64,000 nucleotides of DNA from an uncultured Acidobacteriota bacterium (GTDB lineage Bacteria > Acidobacteriota > Thermoanaerobaculia > UBA5066): assembly GCA_963779415.1 (NCBI GenBank), contig CAVZYA010000001.1, positions 544,001 to 608,000 of the forward strand, given 5' to 3'. The translations under genes and the position numbers were made by a program. Below, piece after piece: positions 35,739 through 45,722 of the stretch; position 1 is the stretch's first letter, and each line of letters opens with the position of its first letter. The notes below the pieces were generated by a model. That model saw nothing but the letters and a program-made list of their open reading frames with translations. It was not told the origin of the DNA and searched no databases.

Positions 35739-38363
35739 TCAGACGGGTTTCAGGCTTCCTTCCTCCAGCCAGTGCGTGAAAAGGCGGCGGATTCTGAAGG
35801 AGTCGGCGGGGATCGACTCCTCGCAGAGGCGCGGGCTCGCACCCTGGGAGGCCCGGGCCCACACCTGCTGCTGAAGGACGGCGTCCGATTCCTCCCCAAG
35901 CGCCGTCGGCTTCTGACCCGAGGCCGTGAGGTAGAGATCGTCCGGAATGAGGGCCGCGGCGCGCTGGAACTCGTCGTAGCGCCGCATCCCCTCGAGAAGG
36001 AGCGGCACGACCTCGCGGGGCGGCGGATCGGTCTCCTTCCGCGGCGCCGTCTCCTGCTTCGTAAAGGCGAACGTCCCCGGGAATGGCCTCTCGAAGAACT
36101 GGTAGCAGGCGTCGTCCCCCTTCAGGATGCCGAACTGGGCCGCACGAACCCGCCCGTGCTCCATCGTGATCGTCCCGACGCCGTTTCCCTTCTGGTCACG
36201 GAGCACGAGCTGACCCGTGACCTCCGAGACGCCGAGGCTCTGGAGGAGGCTCGGAAGCTCGAAGAGCTCGAGGTCGCCCGAGAGGCTCGCCGTCGCCGCC
36301 TCCTGAACGTGCTGCACGTCGAAGCCTCCGAGGACCTTCGCGGCGATCCGCGAGAACTCCTGGTTCGGGAAGCTCTCGACGATGTTCTCCATCAGCTTCC
36401 GGACCTGGGGCAACGGGGTCCCGGAAAGGGACTCGATGATCTGGCCGATCCGCTCGTCGTTCTTCTTCAGGACGAGCCCGAGCACCTTGAACGGCAGCTC
36501 CGACCGAAGGCTCTTGAGGAGGAAGGCCACGAGCTCCGGGTCGCTCGAAAGGTCCGACTCGGCCAGCTCCGCGAGGCGAACGCCGGCCTCTCCGAGCGGC
36601 CCCTTCTTCCGGAGCGCGTGCTCCACGACGACGCGCCGCGAGGTCGCCGTCCCGAAGCGCGCGAGGGTCGTCACGGCGCGCTCGAGAAGGGGTTGAAGCT
36701 CCGCCTCGTCGAAAGGGGCGTCCCCCCGTTTTGCCAGGAGCTGCTCCAGCCCTTCCACGCGGGCGATGAGGGCGCTCTCCGCCTTCTCGTGCTTGATCTG
36801 ACCGAGTGCCGCGAGGGCCTCCTTCACGAGCGGGGCGGGCAGGCCGGGCTCCGACAGCCGGATGACGGCCTCCAGCTCGCGGTCAGGCGGGCTGCTCGGC
36901 CGGCCGCGGAATCCGGCGAAGGAGATAAACGAGGTTCCGCTTGAAATGCCACTCGTCTTCGGGAGCGTCCCCGTCTCGTGCCATCTGGTGAAGACGCTCG
37001 AGCGCCCCGTCGCGTGCATCCGACCCGTGGATCTCCAGAAGAGAAAGGAAGAGCCGGCGCCGCTCCCGCTTCTCCTCGATCCGGATCTCGTCGAGGAGGG
37101 CCGGCACGCGAAGGGCCGGGAAAAACGCCAGGATCCTCCGGAGAAGCGGGTGCTTCTCCGGGTGCTCGCCGATGCTCCGGATCCTCTCGAGATCGAGCCC
37201 GTCGAACGCGCGGCGGCACGCGACGTCCACCGCCGTCGCGTCGATCCGCTTTTCGGCGATCAGGCGCGCGGCGACTTCGAACATCTTGGCGGCGCGCGGG
37301 AGCGAGCCCTTGTTGAACTGCTCGACCGCGGCCTGCAGCATCTCGTGGAAGCGCTTTCCGACCTCCACCGGATCCTCGGGAAGGGTCACGATCTTCCGGA
37401 TGGCGGCGCTCGCGCTTCCGGCGGCCGTCGAGCCCGTCCCTTCGAGGACCTCGACGCCGGGGGGGACGACCCAGCCCGGCAGGGCGCGCCCGAGAACCCG
37501 GAACGCTTCCGCCGTCTGCATCTCGAGCCCGATCCGGCGGAGCTTCTCGAGCGCGCGGGAAAGCTCGCGGTCGCTGTCGGATCCCGTCGCGGCGTTCGAA
37601 AGGAGCTGCGAGAGGAGGGCCTCGTTCTTCTTGCGCCGCTCCGCCGCGGCGGCCTCGCGTGTCGCGGCGGCGGTGGGCTTTTTGGCCGCCGCGTCCGCGC
37701 CCGTCTGCGACGCCGGAGGTCCCTTTTCCGGATCCGGTCGTCGAGTCGGCTCCGGCCGCGCCTTTCTCCCCTTCGCCCGAGGTCGACTCCCAGCGTTCGA
37801 GGAGCATCTCGAACCGCTTCAGCTTCTTCGGGAGATCGCCTTCGCCGACCCCCTCCCGACCGCCGGCGCCCCCCGGCGCCACCGGCACCGCTTCCCTTCT
37901 CGGAGGCGAGGGGGTTCTGGCTTCCGACCTGACGCCGGAGCAGCTCGACCGGGGCCGCAACGACCGAATCCCCCTCTCCGAGACGCGCCAGGTTCGTGCG
38001 GAGCAGGTCGCGGTCATCCTCCGGACATTGGCGGACGACGAGCGGGATCAGTTCGTCGAGGTACTCGCGCAGCCGTTCCTTCGGGACGAGGCCGTACGAG
38101 GAGAGCTGGAAGATCTTGTCGACCGCGTGGTAGAGGTAGTCGGAGACGGGGACCGCCCCCATGTTTCCGCGGAACTGCGCCGCCGTCCATGCGTTGATCT
38201 CGAAGGCGGCGAGTTCGGCCGGAAAATCGAGGAGCAGAGCCACGGCGTCGGCGACCATGAGGGGCGCGATCGAGTCGGAGAGATAGCGCTGCAGCTCCGT
38301 CAGCGCATCGCGCACGTCCGGCGAGACATCTCCCTCGTTCGTGGGGGGCGGAAGGTCGCTCAA
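35739..38363 (-). CDS. Large helical/HEAT-like protein with C-terminal DUF4388-like domain; three +1 frameshifts
   Basis: Consecutive ORFs 37386..38483, 36824..38017, 36883..37521 and 35739..37019 join by +1 shifts near 37860, 37640, 36890; LSGDL..F.LPSLLQ.L...TG.L DUF4388 motif; AGGAG before TTG 38363. Confidence 0.65.
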
Positions 38364-38555
38364 CGAAGCTCCTGCAGCCTTCACCTCACGGGCGGCAACT
38401 CCGTCCGTCGATTCCGATGTTCCCGCAATGATAACCGGGCGCCTCGTGGAAGCGTTCTCCCATCGGAAGGCCTCGCACCTCACGCAAGTGATTCAGATAC
38501 ATCATTTGCTGGGAGGCCCGCGGACCGGAGCATTCCGGCGAAAGGAAACCGGCCC

Positions 38556-38888
38556 ATGAAAAGAAATACGCAGACGGTTTTCGCCCTCCTCGCCGCTCTC
38601 GGTTTCGCCTCGACCCTCCTCGCGAGCGTCGACGCCCAGAAGCAGTTCGTCGCCGCCTATCCGGACGCCAAGGCCAAGCTCGGAAAGTGCACGACCTGCC
38701 ACACGACCGCCATGCCGAAGAAAGAGGCCCCCGACCTGAACGCCTACGGCAAGGACCTCGCCGAGAAGGCCTATGACAAGGCCAAGAAGACCTACGACTT
38801 CAAGAAGGTCGAAGCGCTGGACTCCGACGGCGACGGCGTCAAGAACATCGACGAGATCAAGGCCGGAACGAACCCGGGCGCGAAGTAA
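38556..38888 (+). CDS. Periplasmic monoheme cytochrome c with DxDxDG Ca-binding-like loop
   Basis: Signal peptide, CTTCH, LNAYG.D, DSDGDGVKNIDEI; AAGGA RBS. Confidence 0.8.
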   Translation: MKRNTQTVFALLAALGFASTLLASVDAQKQFVAAYPDAKAKLGKCTTCHTTAMPKKEAPDLNAYGKDLAEKAYDKAKKTYDFKKVEALDSDGDGVKNIDEIKAGTNPGAK

Positions 38889-38898
38889 GGCTTCCCTC

Positions 38899-40134
38899 TT
38901 GAGAGCCGCGCTCCTCGCCGTTCTCCTGGGTGGAGTGCTGCTTCCGGCCGCCGCGGCGCCGAAGAAGCCCCCGGCCGTTGCCCCGCCGACGAACGACGAC
39001 TGCCTGACCTGCCATTCGGACGAGGTCCCGCGGGCCGACGGTAGGAAGATCGCTCCCGTCGGCCCGCTCTTCGCCGCCTCCGTCCACGGGGAGGCCGGCG
39101 TCGCCTGTGTCGACTGCCACGCGGACCTCGCGAAGGCCGAGCTCCCCCACGCCGAGAAGCTCGCGCCCGTCGACTGCTCTCCATGCCACGAGAAGCCCGC
39201 CGAGGCGTTCGCCAAGAGCCTTCACGCGGCCGTCTCCGGGAAGCGCCCCGGCACGCCGACCGTCACCTGCGGCAGCTGCCACGGCTCCCATGACATCCTC
39301 CCGTCGAAGGACCCGAAGAGCCGGACGAACCACTTCAACGTCCCGACGACCTGCCTCGCCTGCCACGGGAACACCGGGATGGTCCGGGACTCCGCCCTCG
39401 CCGCGAAGTCCGGAGCCCCCTCCACCTTCGGCGACAGCATCCACGGAAGCGCCCTCGAGAAGACCGGCCTCGAGGTCGCGCCGAACTGCGCCACGTGTCA
39501 CGGAGCCCATCGGATCCTCCCCCCCTCGGACCCGGACTCCCGAATCGCCCGCGCGCGCGTTCCGGAGACGTGCGGCAGCTGCCACGTGAAGATCCTCACG
39601 GCCTTCCAGACGGGCGTTCACGCCGAGGCGGCCCGGAAAGGGAATCCGGACGCGCCGGTCTGCATCGACTGCCACTCCGCGCACGCCGTGAAGACGCCTT
39701 CCACCGTCACCTGGAAGGTCGGAGTCATCAAGGAGTGCGGCACCTGCCACGTCGATCTGATCGAGACCTACCGCGATACGTATCACGGTCAGGTGACGGA
39801 GCTCGGCTTCGCGCGTGTCGCGACCTGCGCCGACTGCCACGGCGCGCACGCGATCCTCGCCCCCTCGGACCCGGCGTCGACCGTCTCCCGGCAGAACGTC
39901 CTCACGACGTGCCGGAAGTGTCACCCGAAGGCCACGGCCAACTTCACGAAATACGACCCGCACGCCGACCACAGGAACCGGAAGCGGGACCCCCTTCTCT
40001 TCTACACGGCGAAGTTCATGAAGTGGCTCCTCATCGGCGTCTTCTCGTTCTTCGGCGTCCACACGCTTCTCTGGCTTCCACGCTCCATCCAGGCGCGCCG
40101 CGTGCACGAGCGGCACCGGCACCGGAAAAAGTGA
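38899..40134 (+). CDS. 11-heme periplasmic cytochrome c with C-terminal TM (CbcL c-domain-like)
   Basis: 11 CxxCH motifs counted; TY..TYHG, YDPHAD; C-terminal hydrophobic helix with His. Start (TTG) uncertain. Confidence 0.85.
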   Translation: MRAALLAVLLGGVLLPAAAAPKKPPAVAPPTNDDCLTCHSDEVPRADGRKIAPVGPLFAASVHGEAGVACVDCHADLAKAELPHAEKLAPVDCSPCHEKPAEAFAKSLHAAVSGKRPGTPTVTCGSCHGSHDILPSKDPKSRTNHFNVPTTCLACHGNTGMVRDSALAAKSGAPSTFGDSIHGSALEKTGLEVAPNCATCHGAHRILPPSDPDSRIARARVPETCGSCHVKILTAFQTGVHAEAARKGNPDAPVCIDCHSAHAVKTPSTVTWKVGVIKECGTCHVDLIETYRDTYHGQVTELGFARVATCADCHGAHAILAPSDPASTVSRQNVLTTCRKCHPKATANFTKYDPHADHRNRKRDPLLFYTAKFMKWLLIGVFSFFGVHTLLWLPRSIQARRVHERHRHRKK

Positions 40135-40148
40135 GGCAGGGTCCGACG

Positions 40149-40982
40149 ATGCCGAGCCATTCCGAACCGGCCGGGGAGGTCTGCTACCGGCGCTTCAGCC
40201 GGACCGAGCGGATCATGCACGCGATGCTCTTCTCGAGTTTCCTGGGCCTCTCCCTCACGGGCCTTCCGCTTCTCTTTTCGGACCAGCCGTGGGCCCAGGG
40301 GTTCGCGCACGCCGTCGGCGTCCGGACGGCCGGCAACATCCACCGATTCTTCGCGGTCGTCCTCATCGGGACCTTCCTCGGACACCTCTTCCTGATCGTC
40401 GAGCGGCTCTTCGGGAAGAGGGACTTCGGCATCCTCTGGGGACCGCATTCCCTCGTCCCCCAGCCGCGCGACGTCCGGGAGTTCGTCGGCCACATGAAGT
40501 GGTTCCTTCACCTCGGGCCGCGCCCGAAGTTCGACCACTTCGCCTACTGGCAGAAGTTCGACTACTGGGCCGTCTTCTGGGGGATGGGGATCATCGGCGG
40601 CTCCGGGCTGATGCTCTGGTTCCCGACGTTTTTCGCGCGGCTCCTCCCCGGCTGGGTCTTCAACGTCGCCACGGTCGTCCACGGCGAGGAGGCGCTTCTC
40701 GCGGTCATCTTCATCTTCACGGTCCATTTCTTCAACGAGAACCTCCGCCCCGAGAAGTTCCCCATGGACGACGTGATGTTCACCGGGCGGGTCTCCGCCC
40801 ACGAGCTTCGGGACGAGCGGCCCGGAGAGTGGGAACGCCTTCGTGCCGACGGTTCCCTCTCTGCCCTCGAGGTGCCGCCGGCGTCGCCCCGCCTCCGGCG
40901 GGCGGGCCGCGTGATCGGCGCCACGGCCATCACGCTCGGGCTCGTCCTCGTCTCCCTGACGATCTACTCCCTGACCCGGTAG
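40149..40982 (+). CDS. FdnI/HydC-type cytochrome b (CbcL b-domain-like)
   Basis: RFS..R..H, IHR, QKFDYWAVFWG, VHGEEALLA..FIFTVHFFN. Confidence 0.85.
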   Translation: MPSHSEPAGEVCYRRFSRTERIMHAMLFSSFLGLSLTGLPLLFSDQPWAQGFAHAVGVRTAGNIHRFFAVVLIGTFLGHLFLIVERLFGKRDFGILWGPHSLVPQPRDVREFVGHMKWFLHLGPRPKFDHFAYWQKFDYWAVFWGMGIIGGSGLMLWFPTFFARLLPGWVFNVATVVHGEEALLAVIFIFTVHFFNENLRPEKFPMDDVMFTGRVSAHELRDERPGEWERLRADGSLSALEVPPASPRLRRAGRVIGATAITLGLVLVSLTIYSLTR

Positions 40983-41014
40983 GATTCCCCCGGCGCGCGG
41001 AGGAGGCGCCTCGA

Positions 41015-42472
41015 ATGGCTACACGTCTCAAGGATGTCGTCTCGGGATGGATGCGGCCCGCCGTCTACCTCGGCCACAACAAGATCACCGCCTTCGGCGC
41101 GATTCTGACGACGAGCACGGCGATCACGATGATGGCCGTCTGGTTCTACGAGTCGCTTCGCGGCATCGGGTCCATCCACCCTTACAGCGGCCTCGTCTTC
41201 TTCCTCCTCCTCCCCGGGGTCTTCGTCTGCGGCCTCATCCTGATGCCCCTCGGCGTCTGGCTCCGCCGGCGCCTCCTTCAGCGGAAGCACGAGCTGCCCG
41301 TCGAGTACCCGCAGATCGACCTGAAGAGCCCGGTCCTGCAGCGGGGCCTCCTCCTGATCGCGGCCCTGACCCTCGTCAACGTCCTCCTGATGGGAGTCTC
41401 GAGCTACAAGAGCGTCGAATACATGGACTCCCAGAAGTTCTGCGGACAGACCTGTCACAGCGTGATGGACCCCGAATACACCGCCTACGAGAACTCCCCC
41501 CACTCGCGCGTGGAGTGCGTCGGCTGTCACATCGGCCCCGGAGCGTCCTGGTTCGTGAAGTCGAAGATGTCGGGCCTCCGCCAGGTCTTCGCCGTCGCGT
41601 TCAAGACCTACTCCCGCCCGATCCCCTCCCCCGTCAAGGAGCTCCGCCCCGCCCGCGAGACGTGCGAGCAGTGCCACTGGCCGCAGCGCTTCTCGGGGGA
41701 CAAGTTCCTCGTGCGGCGGAAGTATCTCGACGACGAGAAGAACAGTCCGCAGACGACCGTCCTCGTCCTGAAGCTCGGCGGCCGGATCTCGAGCGGGGCC
41801 GTCGGCATCCACGGCCGGCACATCGACGCGACCGAGCGGATCGAGTACGTCTCGACCGACGAGAGGCGGCAGGTGATTCCGCGCGTCCACTACCGGGACG
41901 ACGCGGGGAAGACGGTGGAGTACGCCTCGACGGACCTGAAGGTGACGCCCGCCGAGCTCGCGAAGGGGGAGAGACGGAAGATGGACTGCGTCGACTGCCA
42001 CAACCGGCCGACGCACGCCTTCGAGCTGCCCGAGCGCGCGGTCGACCGCCGGATCGACCTCGGCCTCGTCAGCCGCGACCTCCCGTTCGTCAAGAAGAAG
42101 GCGGTGGAGCTGCTCCGGGCCGACTACGCGTCGCGCTCCGTCGCCCGGGAGAAGATCGTCGCTTCCCTCACGGAGTTCTACAGGACGCAGTACCCGGAGG
42201 TTTACCGGGATCACCGCGTCGCGGTGGAATCCGCCGCCGACGCGGTTCGGGACATCTACCTCCGGAACGTCTTTCCCGACATGAAGATCACCTGGGGGAC
42301 CTACCCGAACAACCTAGGGCACGAGGATTTCCTCGGCTGCTTCCGATGCCACGACGGGAACCACGCCGCGTCCGACGGGAAAGTGATCGCCTCCGACTGC
42401 GACACCTGTCATAACATCCTCGCCCAGGACGAAACGAACCCGAAGGTCCTCGCTCAGCTCGGCGTCCAGTAG
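41015..42472 (+). CDS. NapC/NirT-family multiheme quinol dehydrogenase, ImcH-like
   Basis: 3 TM then FCGQTCH, SPHSRVECVGCH, CEQCH, CVDCH, CFRCH, CDTCH (6 heme motifs); GGAGG RBS. Confidence 0.85.
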   Translation: MATRLKDVVSGWMRPAVYLGHNKITAFGAILTTSTAITMMAVWFYESLRGIGSIHPYSGLVFFLLLPGVFVCGLILMPLGVWLRRRLLQRKHELPVEYPQIDLKSPVLQRGLLLIAALTLVNVLLMGVSSYKSVEYMDSQKFCGQTCHSVMDPEYTAYENSPHSRVECVGCHIGPGASWFVKSKMSGLRQVFAVAFKTYSRPIPSPVKELRPARETCEQCHWPQRFSGDKFLVRRKYLDDEKNSPQTTVLVLKLGGRISSGAVGIHGRHIDATERIEYVSTDERRQVIPRVHYRDDAGKTVEYASTDLKVTPAELAKGERRKMDCVDCHNRPTHAFELPERAVDRRIDLGLVSRDLPFVKKKAVELLRADYASRSVAREKIVASLTEFYRTQYPEVYRDHRVAVESAADAVRDIYLRNVFPDMKITWGTYPNNLGHEDFLGCFRCHDGNHAASDGKVIASDCDTCHNILAQDETNPKVLAQLGVQ

Positions 42473-42480
42473 ACCAAGAG

Positions 42481-42957
42481 ATGGCGCGCGCGCCCGCTCC
42501 GATCACGCCTCTCGCCACGATCGCGCGGCATATGACGCCCTCGCCGGCGACGATCGAGTCGTCTCGCTCGCTCGCGGAGGCTCACCGGATGATGAGGCGC
42601 CACGGAATCCGGCACCTTCCGGTCGTCGCGGGCGGCGGTCTCGTCGGGATCCTCTCCCTGCGCGACCTCCATCTCCTCGAGACCCTTCGCGACGTCGATC
42701 CGGAGAAGGTCAAGGTGGACGAGGCCATGACCCGGAGCCCTTACACCGTCGAGCCCGGCACCGCCGTCGAGACGGTGGCGCAGACCCTCGCCGAGAACAA
42801 GTGGGGCTCCGCCGTCATCGTCGACGAAGGGAAGGTCGTCGGCATGTTCACGACGACCGACGCCCTGATGCTCCTCGGCCGCCTCCTGAAGAACGAGCGG
42901 CTCCGCGCGCACCGCGTCCGCCGCCTCCGCCGCAAACGCGCCGGACTCGCGGAGTAG
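42481..42957 (+). CDS. CBS-pair protein
   Basis: MTPSP, IRHLPVV, GSAVIV, GMFTTTD. Confidence 0.85.
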   Translation: MARAPAPITPLATIARHMTPSPATIESSRSLAEAHRMMRRHGIRHLPVVAGGGLVGILSLRDLHLLETLRDVDPEKVKVDEAMTRSPYTVEPGTAVETVAQTLAENKWGSAVIVDEGKVVGMFTTTDALMLLGRLLKNERLRAHRVRRLRRKRAGLAE

Positions 42958-43005
42958 CGTTTTCTCCGCCGCGGAGGGCCCGTGGCCGGGTTCCCCCTAT
43001 TCATG

Positions 43006-43668
43006 TCAGATCCAGCCTCTCCGGAAGGCCACGGCGATCGCCTCGACCTGGCTGTGCACCTCCAGCTTCCGGAGGATGTTCTGGATGTGATTCCGGACCG
43101 TCGCGTGCGACAGGTTGAGCTTCGCGGCGATGTTCAGCGCTGCATAGCCGTTCGACAGGAGAACGACGATCTCGCGCTCTCGCACCGTCAGCGGAGAGAC
43201 CGAAAGGACCGGGTCGGCATTCGCCGCGTCACCGGACGGGCGCGCCGCCGAACGGAGCGACAGGACCAGCCGCTCCATCTCGACCGGGTCTCCCCGCTCG
43301 ACGAGGTGCATCAGACAGCTCACGGTCCGAGCACCGGCCGGAAGAGGGACGACGCGGACCTTGACGCGCTGGGTCCCCCCTTTCCGCCGCGCGACCTCCA
43401 TGAAGAAGGGCTCGACGCTCGCTCCTTCCACGGCCGTCCGGACGATGGCGCAATCGCGCATGCAGTAGAGGTTCCCGAACGGATCACGCCCGGCAAGGAC
43501 GGAAAAGCAGGGCTTCCCGAGAACCTCGTCCGCCGTCCAGCCGAGCAGCTTCTCGGCGGCGGCGTTCCAGTAGATGATCTTCTCGTTCCGGTCCATCGCG
43601 AAGGCGGCCGTGCCGGACCCCGCAATGAGGTCGAGCGCATCCGCCGTCGGGAGCTCTACCGAGGCCAT
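43006..43668 (-). CDS. PAS + LuxR-type HTH regulator
   Basis: WNAAAEKLLG, Cys-rich PAS, LTVREREI...TVRNHIQNI..KL. Confidence 0.9.
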   Translation of the reverse strand: MASVELPTADALDLIAGSGTAAFAMDRNEKIIYWNAAAEKLLGWTADEVLGKPCFSVLAGRDPFGNLYCMRDCAIVRTAVEGASVEPFFMEVARRKGGTQRVKVRVVPLPAGARTVSCLMHLVERGDPVEMERLVLSLRSAARPSGDAANADPVLSVSPLTVREREIVVLLSNGYAALNIAAKLNLSHATVRNHIQNILRKLEVHSQVEAIAVAFRRGWI

Positions 43669-43714
43669 GAGGGGACATTTTTACCACGCTTTTCCATGAT
43701 CAGGATGCTTCAGA

Positions 43715-44503
43715 TCAATCGGATGCTGGGGACCCCCGGTTCGCCCGGACGACGAAGACCGTGTCGGGAGAGTGATCCGCGATCCAGGATTCCCTCTGCA
43801 TCCCCCCCGCCACGCTCTCCACGTCGAACCCGTCTTCGGCGAATGCGGCCTCCAGATCCGCCCTCCGGTATCCGCGGAGCCGGACATTGTGCGCCGAGGC
43901 GACGGCGACGGGAGGCTCCTCTCCGGGGCGCCAGACGAGAGTCGTCGGGGTGAAAAGCACGCTTCCGTCCTCCCGCGGGTCCATCAGACGGAGGAAGACG
44001 ACGGCCCCGGAAGGGTCGTCCCGGACGTTTACCGGAAGGCTCCGGATCCGCTTCGAAAAGATCCGGTCGTAGTTCAGGAGCTGAAGGAGGAACGGCGCTC
44101 CGGGGGCGAGCCGCCCCGCGAGCCCCCGAAGAAAGGCGCGAAGGTCCTCGGGATCCGCGAGGTTCGGCACCGTGTTGCCGAGACAGATCGCACCGCCGAA
44201 GCCGTCCGGAACGAGCGTGGCGATTCCCCGGAGATCCGCCTCCACGAAGAGGGCCCTCCCCTCGACAGACCGGCGGGCCCCCTCGATCTGGCCCGGCGAG
44301 ACGTCCACGCCGGTGACTTCGAATCCGATCGAAGCGAGGAAGAGAGCGTGCTCGCCGGTGCCGCACCCGAGATCGAGGATCCGGCGGTTCGGGCCGCTTC
44401 CGAGAACGTCGCGGAGAAGCGGCTCCTCCCGCCGGATCCTCTCCGGCCAGGCGACGAGGCGCCGATACCCGAGGCGCGCGTAAGGATCGTCGGGCTCACT
44501 CAT
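43715..44503 (-). CDS. Class I SAM-dependent methyltransferase
   Basis: ILDLGCGTG, GVDVS, CLGNT, NYDRI (glycine/sarcosine N-methyltransferase-like). Confidence 0.85.
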   Translation of the reverse strand: MSEPDDPYARLGYRRLVAWPERIRREEPLLRDVLGSGPNRRILDLGCGTGEHALFLASIGFEVTGVDVSPGQIEGARRSVEGRALFVEADLRGIATLVPDGFGGAICLGNTVPNLADPEDLRAFLRGLAGRLAPGAPFLLQLLNYDRIFSKRIRSLPVNVRDDPSGAVVFLRLMDPREDGSVLFTPTTLVWRPGEEPPVAVASAHNVRLRGYRRADLEAAFAEDGFDVESVAGGMQRESWIADHSPDTVFVVRANRGSPASD

Positions 44504-44539
44504 CGTCCCGCGCGGGCCGTCCGCCCCCGGGGGGCCCGG

Positions 44540-45154
44540 CTACTTCTTCCGGGTGTAGTTGATCTCGAGCACCTTGAAGATCTTCCCGTCGGGCCCCGGC
44601 CCCCACATCTCGAATTTGTGGTGGTCGTTGTCGACGATCGTGAGAACACTCTTGATCTTCGCCGGCTTTTTCGCGATGACGTCGTCCACGACGGACCAGC
44701 TGGTCAGCTTCTTCCCCGACGCGTCCATGGTGCCCGTGGACGTCATGATCATCGTCCCCATACTGTCCATCCAGGCGCCGACATACTTTTTCTTGTAGTT
44801 GTCGTAACCCGTATAGCCGACTCCGCTGAAGGGTTGCCCCATCATCGTTCCGGTGACGTTCTGCTCGACGAATCGGTTGCCGAGGATCCATTTGTTCTCC
44901 GAGGTCCCCACCGTCTCTTCGGGGGGCTTCCCGGGCGCCATCCAGCTCGTCGTCTTCACGTCGAACGTTCCGACGATCGGCTCGAGCTTCTTGTGCGCCT
45001 CCCCCGGCGAGGCGACCGCCGTCCAGGCTTTCATCATCTCTTCCTGCGAGGGCGCCTTCGGGGCCTCGGTCGTCTTCGGTTTGTCCTCGGCGGCGGCTGG
45101 AAGGGCGAGCAGGGCCCCCACGGCGAGGGCGGCAGCAGCTTGGGCAATCCTCAT
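44540..45154 (-). CDS. Secreted DUF1579-like protein
   Basis: Signal peptide, PGEAHKKL, GYDN.KKKY..W.DSMGT; AAGGAGG RBS. Confidence 0.8.
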   Translation of the reverse strand: MRIAQAAAALAVGALLALPAAAEDKPKTTEAPKAPSQEEMMKAWTAVASPGEAHKKLEPIVGTFDVKTTSWMAPGKPPEETVGTSENKWILGNRFVEQNVTGTMMGQPFSGVGYTGYDNYKKKYVGAWMDSMGTMIMTSTGTMDASGKKLTSWSVVDDVIAKKPAKIKSVLTIVDNDHHKFEMWGPGPDGKIFKVLEINYTRKK

Positions 45155-45243
45155 GGTCGCAATCCTCCTTTTGTTGAGATTCATTCTACGGAGCTTACGC
45201 GGACTCCAAGCCGTCGGATTCGGTCGAGAGGCGGTCCCGGGTC

Positions 45244-45669
45244 CTAGACCAGCTTCGCGCTGAGACGGATCTCGGCGCCGGTGAAGAGGTTCGAGATGGG
45301 ACACCCCTTCTTCGCGGCCTCGGCCAGCTCCTGGAACTTCTCCGGGCTGATGCCGGGGACGACGGCTTCCGTGGCGAGCTCGATCACCGGGATCCGGAAG
45401 CCCTCGGGGCGCTTCTCCAGGTGGACCTTCGCCACGGTCGAGACGCGCGTCGGGGTATGCCCGGCCGACGCCAGGCCGTTGGAAAACGCCATCGAGAAGC
45501 ACCCCGCGTGCGCCGCCGCCGCCAGCTCCTCGGGGTTCGTGCCCGCCCCTTCCTCGAACCGGGACTGGAAGGAAAAGGCGCCTTCGTAAGCCCCGCTCCC
45601 CAGCTTCATCTTCCCCTTGCCGCTCTTCAGATCGCCTTCCCAGACGGCGGATGCGGTTCTCGTCGGCAT
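45244..45669 (-). CDS. osmC: OsmC peroxiredoxin
   Basis: TNPEEL..AAHAGCFSMA, AKKGCPIS. Confidence 0.9.
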   Translation of the reverse strand: MPTRTASAVWEGDLKSGKGKMKLGSGAYEGAFSFQSRFEEGAGTNPEELAAAAHAGCFSMAFSNGLASAGHTPTRVSTVAKVHLEKRPEGFRIPVIELATEAVVPGISPEKFQELAEAAKKGCPISNLFTGAEIRLSAKLV

Positions 45670-45722
45670 CGATTCCTCCTTCTTGGTCAACTGGCGCGGG
45701 CCGGCGGCCCGTCGCGAATCGA

